NCBI GenBank assembly: GCA_001897835.1
Contig: MKUN01000042.1
Coordinates: 447 to 64,446, forward strand
Length of the DNA stretch: 64,000 nt
From: Bacteroidetes bacterium 46-16
GTDB lineage: Bacteria; Bacteroidota; Bacteroidia; Chitinophagales; Chitinophagaceae
Direction of reading: 5' to 3'
Position 1 is the first letter of the stretch; the number at the start of each line of letters is the position of its first letter. The translations under genes and the position numbers were made by a program. This document shows, in pieces, positions 58,690 to 64,000 of the stretch. The notes beneath the pieces were generated by a model, which made no database searches, had not been told where the DNA came from, and worked only from the letters and a program-made list of their open reading frames with translations.

Positions 58690-60768
58690 ATGGTATCGTT
58701 GCAGAAAAGATTGTACAAAAGACTTCCTGCTGTTTTGATCCTTTTCCTGTTGCTATCACTGCTCCTCAATAGTTGCAGCAGAAGTCCTATTGACGTAGCG
58801 ATATCCCCGGCTTTCCAGGAGGTTCTCAATCATGCAACACAGCTACGCGACTCCGGAAATGTAGTAATGGCCATACACTATATCGACTCAGTAGTTGATG
58901 CTGCCGAGCCGCTCAAATTTCGCGATAAGAATGAGGCTTTCGTCTTCAAGTACAATACCAGTATGACCGTTACACGTGATTATGACCAGGCCCTTCTTTA
59001 TGCAGATAGCTCGATCACGTTGCTGGAACAGAATGAGTTAAAAGGTCAAATGCAGCAACTATATGCCGAAGCACTTTACCGCAAAGGCGATGCATTATTC
59101 GAAAAACAGTCTTACACCAATGCGTACAAGTATTTCTATAGGGCCAAATCCCTCCTTGACAGGTCCGACTCTTGTATCCTCAGCAATTATAATTACCGGC
59201 TGGGTATGGTCTTTTACAAACAAAAACATTTCGAAGATGCTGTGAATAGTTTTAAATCGGCCTATGTAGAAGCAGAAAAATGCAAGTCGAATTTCGAAAT
59301 ATTTTACAAAATGCAGGAACTGCTCGATAATATTGGTCTTAGCTATTACAACAATAATAATAACGACAGTGCTATTGCATACTATACTAAGGACCTTGAA
59401 TTCATTGAACAAAACCGCAGACGCTTTGCGGATAAACCCGACATGCTCTTTAACAGGGCCAGGGCAATAGTGTATGGCAACCTGGCTACCGCCTACATGG
59501 CCGCGAAGAACACAACTAAGGCAGAAGAATTATTCAAAAAAAGCATAGCTATAAGTAATCAAAAAGGATATGACGTCATCGACGGACAACTAACCCGGAT
59601 CAAGCTAACCCGGCTTTATTTCGATGATAATAACTATGATGATGCATATACTATATTACAAAACATAAAGCATACGCTCGATAGTGTTCCCGACAGGGAT
59701 GTACAGGCAGGCTGGTATGATCTTATGTGGCAATATTATGATAAGAAGGGACAAACAAAACCGGCATTTGATTACCTCCTCAGCTATAGCAAATTAAAAG
59801 ATTCACTCGCTGAAGAGAATATACAACTCCGCGGCCTCGATATACGTGCAAGGATCAAATACCTTGATACACAAAATGAAATAAACACGCTTGAAAAGAA
59901 AAGTGAGCGGCGGCAGTACATGATGCTTTTTGCCATTACCATATCCATAATGGCCGTCATCATACTCCTGCTTATCCAACAGAACCTTAAAAAATCCAGG
60001 AAGAACGTACATGTATTGACCACATTGAATAGCCATATTCGCGAGCAAAACCACAGGCTTGAAGAAGTATTGGCACAACTGGAACTGAGCAATAAAGAAA
60101 AAGACCGGATACTCCGCACCGTAGCACACGATATACGCAATCCCATTGCAGCTATCTCCACCATAACAGGCGTATTACTCGAAAACACCGGTAACTACAC
60201 CGACAAGCAAAAAGAATATCTGGCCCTCATAGAGACCGCATGCAAAAATGCTTTGACGCTATCCAACGAGATCCTTGAGGCTACCAATATTATCAGGAAA
60301 GAAAAAGTAAGTAAAGAGTCTATCAACGTAAGTGCTTTGTTACAAAACTGTGTTGAATTATTACAATTCCGGGCAGTGGGCAAACAGCAGCATATAACCC
60401 TCGCAGTTGATGAAAACCTCGGCACAGTAAGCGCCGACAAAGAAAAGATAAGCAGGGCCATTAATAACCTTATTGTCAACGCAATAAAGTTCAGTCCCGA
60501 AGGCGGCAGTATAAAAATTGCCGCCACGAAAACCGATGAACATCTCTTGATTTCAGTCGCCGATCAGGGCATTGGCATACCCGACGATATAAAGGATAAA
60601 GTGTTCGACATGTTCTCCGAAGCCAAACGCCCCGGCACCTCAGGTGAAAAGCCCTTTGGCCTGGGACTGTCCATCACACGGCAGATCGTATTGGCCCACA
60701 ATGGCGAGATATGGTTTGAGCACAATGCAGAAGGTGGGGCCACCTTCTTTATCCGCCTCCCTTTATAA
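58690..60768 (+). CDS. Sensor histidine kinase with N-terminal TPR region, one TM segment, HisKA and HATPase_c
   Basis: H-box AHDIRNPIAAI, N-box NLIVNAIKFS, G-boxes DQGIGI and GLGLSI. TM segment LFAITISIMAVIILLLI. Confidence 0.9.
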   Translation: MVSLQKRLYKRLPAVLILFLLLSLLLNSCSRSPIDVAISPAFQEVLNHATQLRDSGNVVMAIHYIDSVVDAAEPLKFRDKNEAFVFKYNTSMTVTRDYDQALLYADSSITLLEQNELKGQMQQLYAEALYRKGDALFEKQSYTNAYKYFYRAKSLLDRSDSCILSNYNYRLGMVFYKQKHFEDAVNSFKSAYVEAEKCKSNFEIFYKMQELLDNIGLSYYNNNNNDSAIAYYTKDLEFIEQNRRRFADKPDMLFNRARAIVYGNLATAYMAAKNTTKAEELFKKSIAISNQKGYDVIDGQLTRIKLTRLYFDDNNYDDAYTILQNIKHTLDSVPDRDVQAGWYDLMWQYYDKKGQTKPAFDYLLSYSKLKDSLAEENIQLRGLDIRARIKYLDTQNEINTLEKKSERRQYMMLFAITISIMAVIILLLIQQNLKKSRKNVHVLTTLNSHIREQNHRLEEVLAQLELSNKEKDRILRTVAHDIRNPIAAISTITGVLLENTGNYTDKQKEYLALIETACKNALTLSNEILEATNIIRKEKVSKESINVSALLQNCVELLQFRAVGKQQHITLAVDENLGTVSADKEKISRAINNLIVNAIKFSPEGGSIKIAATKTDEHLLISVADQGIGIPDDIKDKVFDMFSEAKRPGTSGEKPFGLGLSITRQIVLAHNGEIWFEHNAEGGATFFIRLPL

Positions 60769-61137
60769 TTAATTCTTCCGTAGATTCTTTACATATACTT
60801 CCAGGTATGCGAGATCAGAGTCAGGCATAGCATCTTTGAACATAGGCATCAGCCCCCTGCCATTCTCTACCACATGTATGATGCCTATACTGTCCAACCG
60901 GCTCAGCTGCAGGTTGGCCGCATCCTCTTTCTTGGCATTCCCATATACACCGTGGCAGGCAGCACATCGTTGTTCAAATAGCTCCTTACCCCTGCTCGTG
61001 CTCACAAGGTCGTGAGCACTGGTGTCACTGGCTGTGGTGTACACCGGAGTTGTAGCCCCATTATTATTACAGGCAGCCATTACAGCTGCAGGCAATAATA
61101 AGAAAAACAGTTTCCGGTAACTTTTAGCATGTCGCAT
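60769..61137 (-). CDS. Monohaem c-type cytochrome (class I)
   Basis: Signal/lipobox followed by CAACHG, with a distal Met region GRGLMP. Confidence 0.8.
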   Translation of the reverse strand: MRHAKSYRKLFFLLLPAAVMAACNNNGATTPVYTTASDTSAHDLVSTSRGKELFEQRCAACHGVYGNAKKEDAANLQLSRLDSIGIIHVVENGRGLMPMFKDAMPDSDLAYLEVYVKNLRKN

Positions 61138-61138
61138 A

Positions 61139-62041
61139 TCAATGTCCTTTTACTTTATGGTCTTTGGGTGGCAGCGTCATTAGGTAAGCATATATAGCAT
61201 CGGTCTGCGTGTCAGTCAGGTGTTTGAAACGCCGCATTGGATAATGCAATACACGACCTCCGGGAGCCTCCCCTTCCCTCACTGCTTTCCTGAAATCGGC
61301 CATGGTATAATTTCCTATACCTGTCGCCTTATCCGGTGTTATATTTGATGCTCTTATTTTATCGCCCTCTATGTTCCACTTCATACCACCGGCCATATAC
61401 CCCTTCGATTTTTCCGGTTCCAGGTAATCAAGCGACAATATACTCTTTGAATGGCAATGATAACAGCCTATAATATCAACAAGATACCTGCCGTATGCTA
61501 TAGTATTATCGGGCGATGGTCGCTTGATATTTTTCTTTAGGGGCAATGGTTTTCCCGAAACTTTCGTCGCCAGCTTGCCCAGCAAAGATAAATGGCTCTT
61601 ACCTGCTACCGTATCTTTAGCCTTTACCGGCTCATCACCCGAGCGCAGGTACACTATGATATCATTGATATCGGCATCAGCCATATTGGGCCGCACCATA
61701 TAAGGTATAAAGCGCCCGTCTTTGGCAATGCCCCTCTTCAGCAGGTAGTATATCTCGGCATCTTTGTAGCCGGCAATACCATAACGCTTACTGTCGGTAA
61801 GGTTGGCCGAATATACCTTGCCCATAAAACCCGGCAGGTCCCTTATCTTTTCGCCAATGAAACTATTGGCATCCTCGTTATAATGGCATTGCCCGCATAC
61901 ATTGAAGACCAGGTTCTTACCATGCTCCATAGAATTACCTGTTTTAACAGCCGTAAATGGCTCAGTAGTAGTATCGTAATGGCTCTTACAGCCAATAGCC
62001 AGTAATATGGGGGCAGTAAAAATAAATGCAGGCCATTTCAT
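61139..62041 (-). CDS. Dihaem c-type cytochrome
   Basis: Two CxxCH motifs (CGQCHY, CYHCHS). Lipoprotein-like N-terminus (AIGC). Confidence 0.75.
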   Translation of the reverse strand: MKWPAFIFTAPILLAIGCKSHYDTTTEPFTAVKTGNSMEHGKNLVFNVCGQCHYNEDANSFIGEKIRDLPGFMGKVYSANLTDSKRYGIAGYKDAEIYYLLKRGIAKDGRFIPYMVRPNMADADINDIIVYLRSGDEPVKAKDTVAGKSHLSLLGKLATKVSGKPLPLKKNIKRPSPDNTIAYGRYLVDIIGCYHCHSKSILSLDYLEPEKSKGYMAGGMKWNIEGDKIRASNITPDKATGIGNYTMADFRKAVREGEAPGGRVLHYPMRRFKHLTDTQTDAIYAYLMTLPPKDHKVKGH

Positions 62042-62185
62042 AACGTGGTTTTGTATACCACTACAAAATAATTATGCCGCGGCAATATTCATAACCGGAT
62101 AAAAAACGCTATTACGCCATGAGTTCTTCGGGATGTGCAGCCTGTCATGTGGCTGCCGGGTATTGCGGTTTTGTATAAATAAAAA

Positions 62186-62216
62186 ATGCCTCATCTTTTC
62201 AGACGAGGCATTTAAA
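62186..62216 (-). terminator. Strong rho-independent terminator, distal end of the rRNA operon
   Basis: AATGCCTCATC/GACGAGGCATT stem (1 mismatch). On the minus strand it is followed by TTTTTTATTTAT. Confidence 0.75.
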
Positions 62217-62223
62217 TAAATAT

Positions 62224-62290
62224 GGCAGCTACCTACTCTCCCGTCCCGCGTATCGCGGGATGGTGCAGGGCCAGCGGCCGTGACAGGCAT
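62224..62290 (-). pseudogene. Truncated, degenerate second 5S rRNA copy (3' portion only)
   Basis: A 38-nt exact repeat (62206-62243 = 62322-62359) covers the terminator arm plus the 5S 3' end. Beyond it are a 17-nt palindromic insertion TCCCGCGTATCGCGGGA and ~27 nt with about 20 matches to the true 5S. Confidence 0.6.
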
Positions 62291-62299
62291 AAATGAAGA

Positions 62300-62330
62300 A
62301 TGCCCTCATGCTGTTGCATGAAGGCATTTA
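62300..62330 (-). terminator. Hairpin immediately downstream of the intact 5S (paralogue of the distal terminator)
   Basis: AATGCCCTCATGC/GCATGAAGGCATT stem (1 mismatch). The T-tail on the minus strand is weak. Confidence 0.5.
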
Positions 62331-62339
62331 AATAAATAT

Positions 62340-62449
<110 letters not shown>

Positions 62450-62571
62450 ATGGTTGATAAGTTGAACGGCTGATCAGTTGACAAGTTCCCTTGTTCAATT
62501 AACCACCACTTATCTTAATAAGATCGACATATTGGGTCAGCAAATTTTGTTTTCGTTTGGGCAAATATTGT

Positions 62572-64000
<1,429 letters not shown>

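Overview
This window looks like Bacteroidota chromosome, probably Chitinophagia or Sphingobacteriia-like. Support: GldD, a T9SS C-terminal sorting domain, TAnnTTTG-type -7 boxes and a CTnDOT-type element. It has four parts.

(1) 1 to about 9.3 kb is the AT-rich edge of a CTnDOT-like integrative conjugative element. It carries metal-resistance cargo: ACR3, a nonsense-interrupted VOC gene, an ArsR-type regulator, MerTP and a GDCCVxC protein. It also carries an rteC -> xis2c-like -> xis2d-like -> orf3-like (DUF3945) -> topoisomerase III (exc-like) -> ORF6N excision module.

(2) 9.9-18.0 kb is GC-richer core genome. It holds GT-C glycosyltransferases, a translationally coupled LptF/G-PAP2-ArnT-like operon, rpoD and an NlpC/P60 hydrolase.

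(3) About 18.05-24.0 kb is a markedly AT-rich island with no recombinase. It carries a tightly coupled four-gene minus-strand operon: a permuted SPPY DNA methyltransferase, a UvrD-type helicase fused to a Cas4/AddB-like Fe-S PD-(D/E)XK nuclease, a 260-aa C-terminally membrane-anchored unknown, and a 114-aa unknown. Downstream lie a tRNA-like acceptor/T-arm minihelix and a cluster of TTTCCGGTT repeats. I consider this the best candidate for an undescribed modification-linked defence system.

(4) 24-62 kb is housekeeping and envelope genes: lptC, coaX, O-antigen-ligase-like, meaB, heparinase II/III-like, wecB, a GT4 phosphotransferase, guaA, gldD, tRNA-Arg(CCT), katG, pepD, a TPR adenylate cyclase, a FG-GAP T9SS protein, an ArsR-SRPBCC-DoxX cluster, MATE, a TPR histidine kinase and c-type cytochromes. 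The window ends with a minus-strand rRNA operon tail: partial 23S, 5S, and a truncated second 5S relic with a duplicated terminator.

No CRISPR array was seen. All homology calls rest on motif recognition by eye, and no database search was possible.
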